This document shows positions 1 through 13,200 of a stretch of 58,923 nt of DNA, one piece after another. Source of the stretch: Klebsormidium nitens. Its lineage: Eukaryota > Plantae > Klebsormidiophyceae. A program made the position numbers and the translations under genes. Numbering within the stretch: position 1 is the stretch's first letter; each line of letters begins with the position of its first letter. The stretch lies in NCBI GenBank assembly GCA_000708835.1, contig DF237502.1:1-58923 (forward strand), in the 5' to 3' direction. The notes below the pieces were generated by a model. The model made no database searches and was not told where the DNA came from. It saw nothing but the letters and a program-made list of their open reading frames with translations.

Positions 1-73
1 AATCGTGGGCCTATCCAACATCAACGGGCCGCTACGGACTAACTAAAAGTATGTGCAGAAAACGATACTAACA

Positions 74-294
74 CGCACTCCTGAGATCAACTCTACGCTA
101 CAAGCTACGTCCAAATTAGAATCGGTCCTCTCGCCGCCGCCGGGTGAGGCCGTTAAAAACCCTCCGCCGGATCGGGTCCGCTCAGCGTGGAGCCACGTCA
201 TGGGCCGGTAGGGAAAAGGTACTCGAATTTGGGACCGGCGGCGAGGAGAGGGCGACGCGGGCGGCTGTAGCGCAGAGTTGATCTCAGGAGCGCG
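74..294. mobile_element. MITE-like element with about 29-bp terminal inverted repeats
   Basis: 75-102 GCACTCCTGAGATCAACTCTACGCTACA is the reverse complement of 266-293 TGTAGCGCAGAGTTGATCTCAGGAGCGC with 2 mismatches, and pairing extends to 74/294. Weaker subterminal inverted GC-rich blocks lie inside. No coding capacity and no clear target-site duplication. Confidence 0.6.
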
Positions 295-1259
295 CGATGA
301 CGTCATACTGCAGAGAAAATGGGGAAACAGCAGAAACACGAACGGGCGGTTTAAAGCGGAGTACGAGAACGTTCGTAGCAGTCACGAGAGAAGCAGAATG
401 AAGAAGAAAGAGCAGAACGCTGCTCTTTATACGCCGCTGCGCGGCGACGCGGCCGCGGCGCGGCGCGGGAAATTGCAAATTTCAGACGCGGTTCGCGCCA
501 AGAGAACCGCGATTCTCAGCGCGCAGGCGCGCACTGAGAATCTACAACTCATGGCGGCATTGCAACTTGTCTGCCTTTGCGAATATCTGATACCCGAAAT
601 CAATGGGCCATGGCGGTTGGGGGAGCTATGCAGCCGATGCTAGGGGGTTGAGGGGTTCACGAATCCACATTGGGAAAAGACAAACGACTCCTTTTTTGGC
701 AACGTTGGAAAGTGTTGGATCATCAATGGATGGCGAAGAAGAAGCCCATATTCAATATGATATTGACATCTTGTTGAGGAAAGAGATATGCCGGACATGT
801 CTACTTTGACGGTCTAGCTTGTTGGTCGGCAGAGCGGACTACTCATCACCGTGGTGGAGAGGAGTGGCTACAATTGGTGGCAATGGAGTTGCTTTGTTCT
901 CTTGGGTTGCCGGACAGCAGCGTAGTATTGCACAGGAATGGTGATGTTGAGGGGCTCGAAAAGTGATATTTGCATGGTAGCTGCACACAAGCAGCTCAAG
1001 AAAACCTGGCGTTGAATGAAACACAACGATGTTGTATTGGATTGGAAAACACGGACCGGTGAGAAAATCGAGGAAGATGATCTGTTCATCTAGCATTCTC
1101 ATTGCTTCACAAGGAGGAAGTCAACAAACTGTTATGCCTTCATATCGCAGCCATCAGTGAGCCCTGAATTGTGATTAGGCTCCAGCTCACTACCCTTTTC
1201 AGTCCCTTAGCTGGAACCCCTTCGCTAGCTTCACTCTAGCTGCATCCGTTAGCACGAAG

Positions 1260-4200
1260 ATGAAGCACGGCAATGCCAAGCTTCGAGGGGTTGCAGAATT
1301 GGAGACAGGCGCTGAAGATGAGGGGCTCGGCTTCTCAACTGGGGGGGGGAAATCAGCAACTGAGGAAGGGGGGGAGTCCAAGAGGCGGCCACCGAGATAC
1401 ACCGTGCTCATTACAAGGCTGGCAATCATGGTGAGGACAAAAGCAACCAGGCAAGCTATGTAGTCACAGGCCGGGAGCTTGAGATGCTCAGTTTCTATTA
1501 TGCTGAAAGCAAAGGATGGACAATCGAGGGTAACATATGGACAGAAACAGATGATGCTGAAGTAAGAACTTGCATTTAGTTGGCCCTGCAGCTCCTCCTC
1601 CCTGCCGCCCGTGTCTCTTCCTGTGTCAGTAGGCAAGAGTTTGAATGTCCACTTGGTTGCTTCTGGGGCTCTCTCGAACTAGGTTCTGTCTGAGGACAAA
1701 TCTAAGCTTGCTTGCATCCTTGACAGCCTGAATGTCAGTTTGCAGCCACAGCAAAAGCAGACCTGACCAAACCACCAATGGTGTGTGCCGCTCAAACAAC
1801 TCTGCAAGGCAAAGTGTATCCTGCTCAGACCGCTGTCCTCCTGTGCAGACACTCTTCGCGGTGACAGTCACCCTCCTGAGTATCTTCACATGGTTCTGGA
1901 CGTCGCAGAGCACGAAGCAGGCAGCAAACAGCCTGGGAGACTCCCTAAGGTACGGCAGTTTTCCACGCTGCAGGTCAATTCTGCTAGCAGTATAATGAAC
2001 AAACATACACACTCATCACACATGGGTATGAGCTTGCAAGGCGAAACCATTGCTGATGACAGAGGATGCTCCATTCCTATGCCCTGCTCACTTTAAGAGA
2101 TGTTCCCTGGCTGCGAAAAAGATGTTGCAGCATGTCATACTTGGACGCGCCCTGTGCATTCCAATGAGAGATTCAATAGGCCGCTTCCTGAACTGGAGAC
2201 TCAAGTGTTCACGGTGTGCAGAAGGTAACGGCCTCTGCCCTCAGCCCTTGGCTTCTGCACCATGTTGAACTGCTAGGAGAGACTCTTCTTTTTGGCGCCA
2301 TTCTGATTGCTGATCTCTTGCAATGAATCAGAGCAAGGCTAAGGCTACCTTTCAACCAGTCTGGCGCAAGGAAGTATGATCCTAGTATTGACACCCCTAC
2401 AAGCACTGCTATTTGCCCCTGTGTAATGTCGTCTGGCCCTGGTGGGAAGGTCCCGACGAGGTGCGCGAACGAGGGCACTAATGTACCAGTTGGTCTTCTG
2501 GTATTCCCTTGCAGGCACAATATTTTAAACGGGTCAGTGGTTCACATGACCCGCATCCTGTCAGACCAGCAGTCGGCACTGAACGTCACGGTCAATGCGG
2601 CGATGTATCAGCATCAGCTGACTGGGGAGGTTTTGGGGAGCGATGTAAGCAGCCACTTGAATCATTCACCAGATGCACTTTAGAAAACCTCCAGTGCTCG
2701 TGGTTGGCCCCATCCCAGAGTTGTCGTTTCAAAGCAGCAGACACAGGTTCCAGATGCTGTCCTCCTTTATCATTTATGTTGGTTCATTCCTTCAGCGTGA
2801 ACAGGACGCTTATGGACTTTGTCAGAGGAAATTGTGAAAAATGCTGTGTATGAGATTGGCTGAATCGAATTCCGTCGGCAACAGAATTCGTCAGTATGTG
2901 CGCAGGGTGTTTCCCAAGGGGTCCAAAATGATTGTACAGGAGGAAAGTTAGTATTTAAGGAAGCTGGCCTTTTGACAGTCTATCGAGCCTCGTTGTACGT
3001 GGACTGCCCCATTAAACTTTCTGTGCTTTTTGGTGACCAATTTTCAAGACGTCCTGCATTCAGACATTCCTATTCTGAACGACACAGAGCACTCCTTGCC
3101 CTTTGCAGCCATCCCGTGCTCAATAACTGTCTGTTGTACAAAGTACAACTGCTGGAAACGGTGAAAGCAAGGGAAGGGGTTAATTATCCGACCAATTGGA
3201 GCTCACGTCCCAAGAAACCCAATTCTTCATAAGCCGCCTCCATACAGGCTTTCCGACTTCCAGACTGGCCTTGCAATTCCTGCGCCCTCAATCATTTCTC
3301 CGGTGCTTACAGATGCGCCGCGAGGTCTGGGGTGTTGTCGCTAACCGAAACTACGCTTTTACCAGCTCCACCGTCCTTGCCTCGGCCTATTTCCAGTCGC
3401 TGAATCCGGGTCAACCTCCTCAAGAGTCGTTTGTGAATATCAGGTAGGGAAGCACATGCCAGAATGCATTGGTGAGAAAAGCTTGGTCAGAGCTCGGTTG
3501 AAACTCGGCCGATTGAATCTGGATTCGTAGACTTTGGAAATGCCATGCCGCAGGGCGCCTAATCAAGTAGACTTTCTCTCGGAAGGTTTAACAAGTCCCT
3601 AGTGGGGCCTCTTAAAGCCACTAGACAAGACTTGAACGGGCGTCTGAGTCACGGTCTCTTCATTTTCTGACCGTACATCCAGGCCGCTCGTAGCACGGGT
3701 GCTTACATCCATCCAATTCTTTTCAGACATCCCTCCGCTCTTTCCTTCGAATGAGATCCGTCGCATTTTCCCTTCTTTTGCATCTTCCGTTGCCAGAGCA
3801 TTTTTTCTCTTTTGGGCGTGGTTTCCATCCACCTTTCTGCTCCTGCAGCTACTCACCGGAGGAGACACCGACGATCTACAACGTGTCGCTCGATGCGTAC
3901 GGCAACCGCATCGGCCCGGTCGGGGTTTTGACCACCGACCTCGACCCCCGTCAACGGGACTACTACCTCGGAGCCCAGAACTTGTCTACCGGTCAGGTGC
4001 ATTGGAGCCTTTACTACTCCGCCCGAAGCTTCCCGGTCCTGTCGGCTTCTACGCCCCTGAGAGATGGGACCGGAGACTTCCTCGGAGTGAAGATTGTCAT
4101 CCAGCAGCTTGGTTCCGTCAGCAACTTCGTGACCAACATGTGGGACATGCGAGGAGGTGACTCTCGCGTCTGGATACATCTTTGCACCCCCCTCTTCGCG

Positions 4201-7200
4201 TGACGTTGCCCTTTTAGTTGGCCCCGTTGTTGGCGTACCTGTGTCTGACTGAAATCTGAAGCGATAAACGGCAAATATCTGTCGGTTTTCCAATGCAACG
4301 TCCTCTCCCCACCGGGATGTTCCTTTTCGCCTCCACTCTTTACAGTTATCTGTCCTCCCATAACAATCTCTTCGTGTCGTCCGACGAACTTCTGACGCGA
4401 AGATGACCGCTTATTGTCCCAGGCTCCAAGCAGATAACCACCTTATTGAAATGCTGCCAGACGGCTTCCTTTCACGGCATCCTCTTCCCTTCAAGACCAT
4501 CTTTGGAAAAGCAGGCGTTCCTCACTTCCGACAGCAATTTGACCGGACACCGCCTCACTTGTTGTGAGCATTTGACCGATCTTACTGCAGGCATGATTTT
4601 CTTCATGACGTCAGACGGCTTCCTCCTTGCGTCATCCGGACCCCGGGAGGATTTTCTGAACAATTACGAACTGGGCGGCCGCCTAAGACGTGCCACTGAA
4701 TCCACGTGCCCCCTCATCCGTTCGACTGACCACTTTCTGATGAAAGAGTGAGTGCGACATCTGTCGGCCTCTCAACGAGGCCAGGTATTGAGGGATGCCC
4801 TTCCTCGTAAGTTGGTATGGTGTCGGAAGAAAGAGATCGGAGGGTTAAGTCCATTAGTCCTTTTTGATCACCTTTCCGATTAATCATTCAGGAAAGCGGG
4901 AAAGCCCGCAAGTGTTCCGTTGCCGAAGATATAAAGCTTTGCATAGTATGCCAGGAACGCGGCAGCTGTTGTCGGTACCTTGACCGGCCCAATCAGATAC
5001 GAATGCCGAGACATCGCGTTTACCATTTAGATCAATCCAATTTTATTGCTTCTCCGCAAATTCCCCCCTTTCCCAGGGAGCCAAAGCGTGAGACTTTTCC
5101 TCTGCACATCCGGGCGCATTCCGCAGTGCTTGGGCCAATCAGAAGTTTGTCGTGATCGGCGGACGACATTAATGATAAATCCCTTTCATTGAAATCATTG
5201 TCAATCTGTCAGGAATTCATGTCCCGATTGCTCTTTGATGCATCTCCGGGCCCGTCAGAAGTACAACATTTCATTGCCGACTCAGGATGATCGCAACGGA
5301 GATTCTAGTGACCAACTTTTCCGCCTTGAATTTCTGGCATGCCTGGGCTGATCCAATTGGGCGCGGAACCCGAGGGACCGAAGATTAACATTATAAACCG
5401 ACCAGAAATTAATGGTCATACTTGACCCGTCATTGAGATGCATATCTGCTCTACAGATTTGGCATGCCCGGGCTGCTCTCCGGTCCGATTCGGGTGGGGG
5501 ACGTGCAGCTCGAGGGGCAGAAATACTACGTCGATACGGTGCCAATCGAGAACGGCAATCTGCAAATGGTGGCGGTGCTCGCAATCCCCAGGCAAGCTTG
5601 GCTTTTGCTTCTTGTTTCTTTAGGGCTTGCACTCTTATTGTTTCTTCCTGGTCTGGCTAGGGCTTCCAATACTGTCGTTCGCATGGCTGCAGGACTGTGT
5701 AGTGAGAGCCTTGGGAGTTGAGATGATATTCAGACCTGTCGTTTTTAAAGCAATGCTTTCTGGTGGAAGACTCGAACCTTGAGAAGGTGTCCTTTCCTCA
5801 GTGCCGTGCTTCCGATGGTTTGGCGATGCATTTTGGTACTCGGACGCTCCTGCCTTGAGAGAAGAGTGTCACTTTTAGCGGTAGCTAGCGCGTGATTGCT
5901 GCACGAGCCTTGGATAAAGTGGCTAGCAACCCGTTGAAAGCAGCACACGAGCTTTACCGACGATGGAACGGTGATTTCGCTTTTCGGTGACATTTTTCTC
6001 CCCTGTCGAGATTGCCGGGCTTTCCCTGTGGTACTTTGATCATCAGAGGCATCTTGCAAAAATCTGAGAGGCGGCATCAAGAGCCGAGAAGAGATTTAAC
6101 CAGACGGGATCTCCCTGCTAGAATCTGATGGTACATTTGGCAAAGAAACATACTGCCAGGCAAGTACAGCGAGTGAGTGTGGGACCCGCAAATCTCTCAG
6201 GTCCCATGGTAACGAGACCCATGTCGAATATCCGTCGAAGTTTTCGACCGTCAACATCTTGACGCCGTTTGGCGAGAACGGGTGACATCAATCCAATGCC
6301 GACGCCCACTATGATCACCTGAAAATTTGTTATTTGCGCAGGGAGAGCATCATGGGGAGCATCGACAACCGAAGCCGCGTCACCGCAATCATGCTCTGCT
6401 GTCTATCTTCGGCGGCGTTTTTGATCGGGTGCGTGCTTGTGTTCCTCTTCACGAAACGCGTGTCCACTGAAGTCAAGCTCAAAGCGGAACTGGAAGAAGC
6501 CAAGCAGCGCGCAGAAGCACACAGCAAGGTAAGCTTGAAGTTCTGAAATCGTAAGGAAGGTATATTGATGGTTATATGTCGTCTTGTGGGACGAGATCGT
6601 GATTGAGGGAAATGAAGGAGGCCAGACTTCCATTTGACGCGCAAAGCAAGGCACGAATACTGCTCTACGGACCAGAACCATTTGATCTGTCGTGGTGACT
6701 CTTGGTAAGAGGTTGCGTTTGTCTTCCTCTTCAGTAAACGCGTTTGTTTTTCCAGCATTGTTGGTCATATCAGATACCGTTTCGGCGTCCATAGACAAGA
6801 CCGAAACACCATGAATCTTAGAACCGCAGGGCCAAAACTGCCTTCAACCAAGGCTATCACGGTCGAAGAGGTATCGCTTTTTGATAGATGCCTGCACTAC
6901 CTGGATGCTTTGGTCAGAATGGTCAGCCCAAAAGAGTAAATCACTTACGTCCCAATTAGGCCAGTGCATGAAATGAGAAGCTTCCGACCTGGCTAAACAC
7001 CTGAACCGGCGGTTTATGCGCTCCGCACCTGCACCCACCCAAATCCCCTGAGTCATTTCAACTTTTTGTTCCCCTGTCTTTGTTGTTTACTGCAATAGCT
7101 GACTTTTATTGACCACACAAACTTCCGTGCAGGCCAAGAGCATGTTTCTGAGCAACGTGTCCCACGAGCTGCGGACGCCCATGGCCGGCATCCTGGGCCT

Positions 7201-10200
7201 GCTGGACCTGCTGTCCGCGGACGAGATGCTGCCCGAACAAGCGGTGAGCGTCCGAAGCGTCCAATACCTGCCGGCACTAGAAGAGCTTCAGTTTTGAGTG
7301 TTGTTTGGAAAATTGGACAGTGGGCTCGGACGCATGCGGACGCCCATGGCTGGGCTCGTCGGCCTGCTACGCCTGCTGTCAGCGGACGAGATGCTGCCCG
7401 AGCAAGCGGTGAGCGTCCGAAGCGTCCAAAAGCGTATTGGTACTTGGATCTGAAGAGTTTCAGATTGAGTGTTTCTAGGGAATGTGAACAGTAGGCTCGG
7501 ACGCGTGCAGACGCCCAAGGCCGGCATCTGGCATGGCCTGCTGACTGTGGAGAAAGTGGTGGGAATCCAAATGTCCGAAAAGCCACCAGCTTCTGGAAAC
7601 TAGGGCTTTCGGGTTTGTGTACTTATGGTGTTCAGCATGTAGCTTCACTGGAGCACTCGCCGTTGAGTTCCACGTTATTGGATTGAATGTATGCTGACGC
7701 AAGGAACGCCCTGTGCAGACAAATGTGGACCAGATTCGACAGTGTGCCACGTATCTGCTGGGGCTCCTAAACAATCTGCTGGACCTTGGCAAAGTAAGGA
7801 GTCACGCCAACGAACGCACTGCGCTTCCGTTCTTTGATTGCTTTCAAGGCGGCTGGCACCCATAACGTGTCAGTCAAATTTCATTAATCCATGTAGCGCA
7901 CAGCTTACTCCACTTGCAACTGACATTCGTGCATCGACGTCCAGCATTACACCCCTTGGCAAATTGTTCATTTAACCTAGCTATCATGCTTCCAAATTCT
8001 GGTGTGCATCGTGTTTCGAGTCAGTCAGAAAGCGGTACGTCACCCGTTGAAGTGGATTAAGAATTCGAGGATTTGAAAGAACGTAGCTTTCAGTCCTTCT
8101 TATGTGGCCAAGAATTGACGCCGCGATCCTAAGGTTCCGAAGCGCGGACTTCTCTTCCGCCTCTGAGATAAGCTAGTGCTGCTTGTGTCGATTAAGAGAA
8201 CGCTTCACGGTATCTCACGGCTGTTTTCTGCAAAAAGAGTGCAGGCCCAAAATGTCCCGACGCTTTCGCCTGCAGATCGAGGCCGGCAAGCTTGAGCTCG
8301 AAAGCGCCGACTTCGACTTGGTCGCCGAGCTCGAGTCCCTGGTCGACATGTTCGCCGTCCAGTGCACCGCCCAGGGCATTGAAATTGGCCTGGAGCTACC
8401 GGGGGAGATGAACCGACTTGTCAAGGGCGACCAGACGCGCCTGCGCCAGATCGTCGTGAACCTGCTGTCCAACGCCATCAAGTTTTCCTCCCCTGGGGGG
8501 CATGTGTTGGTCAGGTGAAGCCACGAAACCATATTCAAATTCTCAAACAATTGGGTAGAATTCGACGTGATTGGTCGGGGTCTGAAGCCGATCGAGCGCC
8601 AGAGGAATGCGCTTCAACCTACTATCGGATGCGTTTCGTTTCGCCTATCGTATTTGAAGTGCTAGCAGTCATCTCGCTGGCGGTGGCACCAGATTAATCA
8701 CAACTGTCCGAACACTTCCTTCGTGAAATCGAAGAGGACCCGCCACATAACCGCCTCTTTCATTCAAGTCCGGGCGTATCAATCCCTTCTGGATACCGTC
8801 TTCTTGCTTTGAGTGCCTTCCGAAATTGGCAAAAGGTGCAATTGCGCCTGCGCATTTTACCTTGCTGCAAAACGACTATGATGGACCCGACTCCAGTCGT
8901 TCCTCAATAGTAACTCCATTGAATAGACGAAATAGCAGACTTGACATGCGGCGACAGTAGAACACACTGGCGGGCTTGAGCACCGCCGCGCCGGAAACCC
9001 TCACAAAGGAATCGCGAACAAAGTCCTAGTTAGTACAGATCAATCCAACCGCATTGGTTTGACGCCCAATTGCCTGAGGCTCTGGACCCTTCCCGCCTGC
9101 AGGGCTTCGCCTAATTCATCCTCCGGATCGCTCCGCACGTCCGCATCGGATGCCGCTGACGCCGTCCGCAGCTCTCGCGAAAGCGGCAGCCTCTTCTCCC
9201 CCCGCTTTTCCTTCCGGGCAAAGGAACCGTCCGAAGCGTCCGAACGATCCCCACCGTCCAGACCGTCCGAACGGTCCCCACCGCTTATACCGTCCGAACG
9301 GTCCCAACCGTCCAAAGCGTTCGAACGGTCCTCACCGCTCAAGGGGTCCGAACGGTCTTCACCGTCCACTTCCGGAGCTTTTGAAAGAAAGCAAGCAACT
9401 AGGCTGTGGTACACTTTCGAGGTCGAGGACGACGGAATCGGGATCCCTCCTGAGAAGCGGGAAATGGTCTTTGAGAACTTTGCGCAAGCAGGTGGGCACA
9501 CGTCATGGGTTGACGTCATTTCCTCCCTTACCGGGTTGGGTATGACGCCATCGATGATGCGAAAGTGGAGCTATGTCTATAGCAGAGCGGTAAAGCACCG
9601 CCGCTGCTCTAGTTTAAACGATTTCGCAGGGAGTGCGACTTTGGCGCCCAAACAGTATATGCGTGAGAATGTGTCGAAACTAGATAGGCGGATGGAATCT
9701 GAAAAGGTGGAAAGTTTGTTGGCTGCCGAGTTGCAAGTCGATCTCATTCGTCTATAGGAAAGCCTGATCCATCGAGTATCGTTAATGCAGATTCGTCCAC
9801 AACGCGACTGCATGGGGGCACTGGGCTAGGGTTGGCCATTGTGCGGTCGCTAGGTGAGGCACATCTGCTGGACAAGCCATTCAAGTCTTAGTATTATTTT
9901 TAATACCCTTGCGGCAATCTTCCAACCACCGTAGTTGTTTTCTGCGCGCTTTACATGGAGCCCGTTTCGGTTGGTAACTATGAGAACTACCGAGTCCGTC
10001 CATTGCTTCTTGTCATTTCAAGTGACAGTTTCTCAAACCGCATAAAGGGGCACTCCGAGTGCGAAGATGATCACAAATAGCAACATTCTAGCTACTTCAG
10101 TCCGGCAAGACACGAAGTTGCACTCAAGTTTTATGTCCGAGAAAGTTTGACGCTCCTCTAGTTGTGCCGCATCCTCTGTCTCTTGTTTGTCGCCGTCTTA

Positions 10201-13200
10201 AAGTCCACGTTAGAGCGTTTGCTGCCTGCTACCACCATCCGCTGCTTTCCAATTGACCATCAAAGTTTGGATGGCGAGGCACAACAGACTCTCGGATGCC
10301 AGTGCTGGTAAAGTTGAAATCATCCATACTGCTAAGATCGAAATCATCCGTACTGCAAAGCCTTCGAAGGATGTGACGTTAGCCTCCTCAACAAAGCGAG
10401 CCTCCGTAGCTCCTTCGCGGTTCAATATCTCCTCCGAATCACAAAGCACCATCTCCAAATAAGTCTAGAGGACGCTCAGATGCTGAGCCTACTCTCTGCA
10501 GTTCACCCTGATGGAGGTGACATCAGCATCACGCACAAGGCTAGCCCCGTTACTTCGTGACTGATCGGTATCTCCTCCTAAGCAACAACCGCAATCCCCG
10601 TAATGAGTAAAGTTTAAGATGCTCAAATATAAGCCCTCTTTTTGCAGTCCACATGATGGAGGGTGACATCAGCGTCGTGGACAAGGATGGCCCCGGGACC
10701 CTCATCCGCTTCCAGGTCTCATTTGAGGCCACCTGTGCGGACGCTGCGGGCGCGCCCGAAGGTGCACAAAGCTGTCCGATTGCGTCCGCAACCGAACCGG
10801 TCTGCAGGGGCGGCAACGTTCTGCTGGCGATGCCTGAAGCGCTCGGCCGGGGGATAGCAGAGAGGTAAGAAGTGGCTTCAAGATTCGTGCGCTCAACGCC
10901 CTTACTATACACAAACAAAAGGAGAGGGTGAGCAATCAAGAGGCAAGAAGTGCCAGAGCTTAGGCGCCCAATGCCGTGAATGGTTGCCTGATACAGAAAA
11001 GGGAGACGAATTCAACCTGGAGGACACATTGAATTCTCGTTACATAATGCGCTACCGCATGCTCTTTGGCTTACAAAACCTGAACCGCACTTGTTTTGGT
11101 CTAAATCAGTCGTCAAAAGTCTCCAACGTGCTGGCTCTTGTTTTCTAGTAACATTCTGGTCTTCCCGTCCACCTTTTGATTGACAGCAAACAAAGACACA
11201 GTGGCTCGACGGTGGACTATGGAAGGACCGAGCGTTCCATGCTTGAGCATCCAGGACCTGGATTGTATTTCAATCTTTCTTCAACCGTGTGCTGTTGTGT
11301 CTCGTGCCATGTGTCTCGCCGTTTAAAGTGTGGGCCCAGTCGAGTCAGTGACTAAGTTTTGCCACTTCCCTCTGTTCAAAGCTCGCTTGACTAGTATAAT
11401 ACCTCCGTTTGACACCGACAACGAGCTAGCTCTTGCTGAACGCGGTGATCCGTGGCTGCACATCCTTCTGAGCCCCTGACCTCATCACTCACCACACCAG
11501 GTACTTGCGGAAGGAAGGCTTCGACGTCCGCACCGCCACCACGTGGGCTGACGTCATCCCTCAAGCTGAGCAGCTGATAGCCCCTGGCAACATTTCGAAC
11601 TTAGTTGGCGTCGCGGCTGCGCACGCTGAGAACGGTCTGAAACATTCAAGCCGCCCAGAGGATTCGTATGGCGGCCATATATCGTCAGCCGGTGCGGAGT
11701 GCGAACTTGGCGCGAGCGGACACATCGTGATTGATATGGAGACTGCGGAAGGAGGACCCGAAGGCGGTGCGGAACACGGTGAGCCGAAACAATGTTGCTC
11801 TGACGACGAAAAGTGAACGAAAGGTTTGCTGCGAACCTTTGACCAGCGAAAGGAATGTCGAATCATATGCTTTTCCTTTTGATGGTTGGAGCTGCTCTCA
11901 ATTGAGTCCCTTTGCGTTTCTAACGGAACTCTTCCCGCTTACTCGTGGTCGCAGTTAGGGGAGCGAAGAGAAACGGGAGGAAAGGCTTGTTTTGGGTTTG
12001 TTCTCTGCATAGAAACATGTCTCAACAGTGACTGACGGTTCTTGCTCAGAGGACGCCATTTTAGCGTCCAAAAACTTCCGCAGTGCGCTTGTCCTTGTGG
12101 GCTGTTCATCTCAGCTGACGTGGCACTCTGCAGGCACGTGCCCGACGCTGGTCATCATCGACGTCAGCACTGTCCCGAGCCCTGCTGGCCCTAAAGAGCT
12201 GGGGGAGTGCTTGCGCCAACTAGAGCGGATACAGCCTCGAGCGGTGGTCGCCTGGCTGGTGTCAAGTGATACGCCAGTCTCGGTTCGACAGGTGAGCCGT
12301 TTGCTTTGAATCTGCTCTCAGGATTCTTTACTCGGTTTTATTCTTGTTGCGGGGTACTTGCAGTGTCAACGCAGCCATCAACCTGTAGACCCAGAACCAG
12401 TAGTGAAGACTCCTATTTTTCTGCGTCTTATATCAGGCATCGGGCTTGTGAGACTCTTTTCAACGTTGGACGACTTTGGCCGTTGAGTACTGTGTTGTCA
12501 ACGGGACCCCTTCATAGCCTCTCCAAAGGCTCACGTAACCCTGATGCGCATCTCAGAAGCTTAAGAAGTGAAGACCACTCTAAACCTTTGAAATTCCCTG
12601 TAGATCGGTTCCGTCTCCTCCAGAGTAACTTTGTCTTCACAGTTTACACTTGGCCACTTTCTTTCTGTCCACAGGTCCTTAAACATTTTCCTTGAAATTC
12701 TGGGTCCCTTCTTTCAGTTCTTATCTGCTCGATGTCTGCAAGAAGATCTGGTCTTCCATTCGACAGAGGCATCAATGCAGGTGGCATTTACAGCAGCGCC
12801 TTGGTATGTTTTCCTTGGCAGAAAAGGCTTTGTATTTCCGCCGACACGCATTAACCCAGGCATCAATACAATTTGGAAAACATCAAAGTCCACAGGCTGC
12901 CGTCGCAGACCTAGCAGGGTGAGATGAAAACTCACCGCTACAACGGCGCGCTCTCTGAAGTTTTGACAGTCGCTGTTGAAACGTTGCAAAACTGAAGCCT
13001 CTCATACCGAACGTTTTTCAAGCAGGAGCCGCTCTCTTCTACGTCTTCAGCGCACCCTATCCTTCTTTCCTCGTCGCTCTTGAACTGTATTTCTTGTCAA
13101 TTTCTTCCATACCCTGTCAGCTGAATGAGATAAGCCGCCACTCACGTTTGGACGGCTGCCACGTGGCACAATCAGATCAGCGTTTTCTCGCCCTCTGCGC

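Noticed and set aside
603-1259. Short ORFs upstream of the AHK1 ATG (for example 603-809 and a protein-like frame near 787-966)
   Set aside because: Frequent stops, no recognisable domain and no confident phase-compatible splice path. Most likely 5' leader, though an extra N-terminal exon cannot be excluded.
9227-9361. 27-nt repeat array considered as CRISPR-like
   Set aside because: Units are contiguous with no unique spacers, are in frame within a eukaryotic exon, and no cas genes are present.
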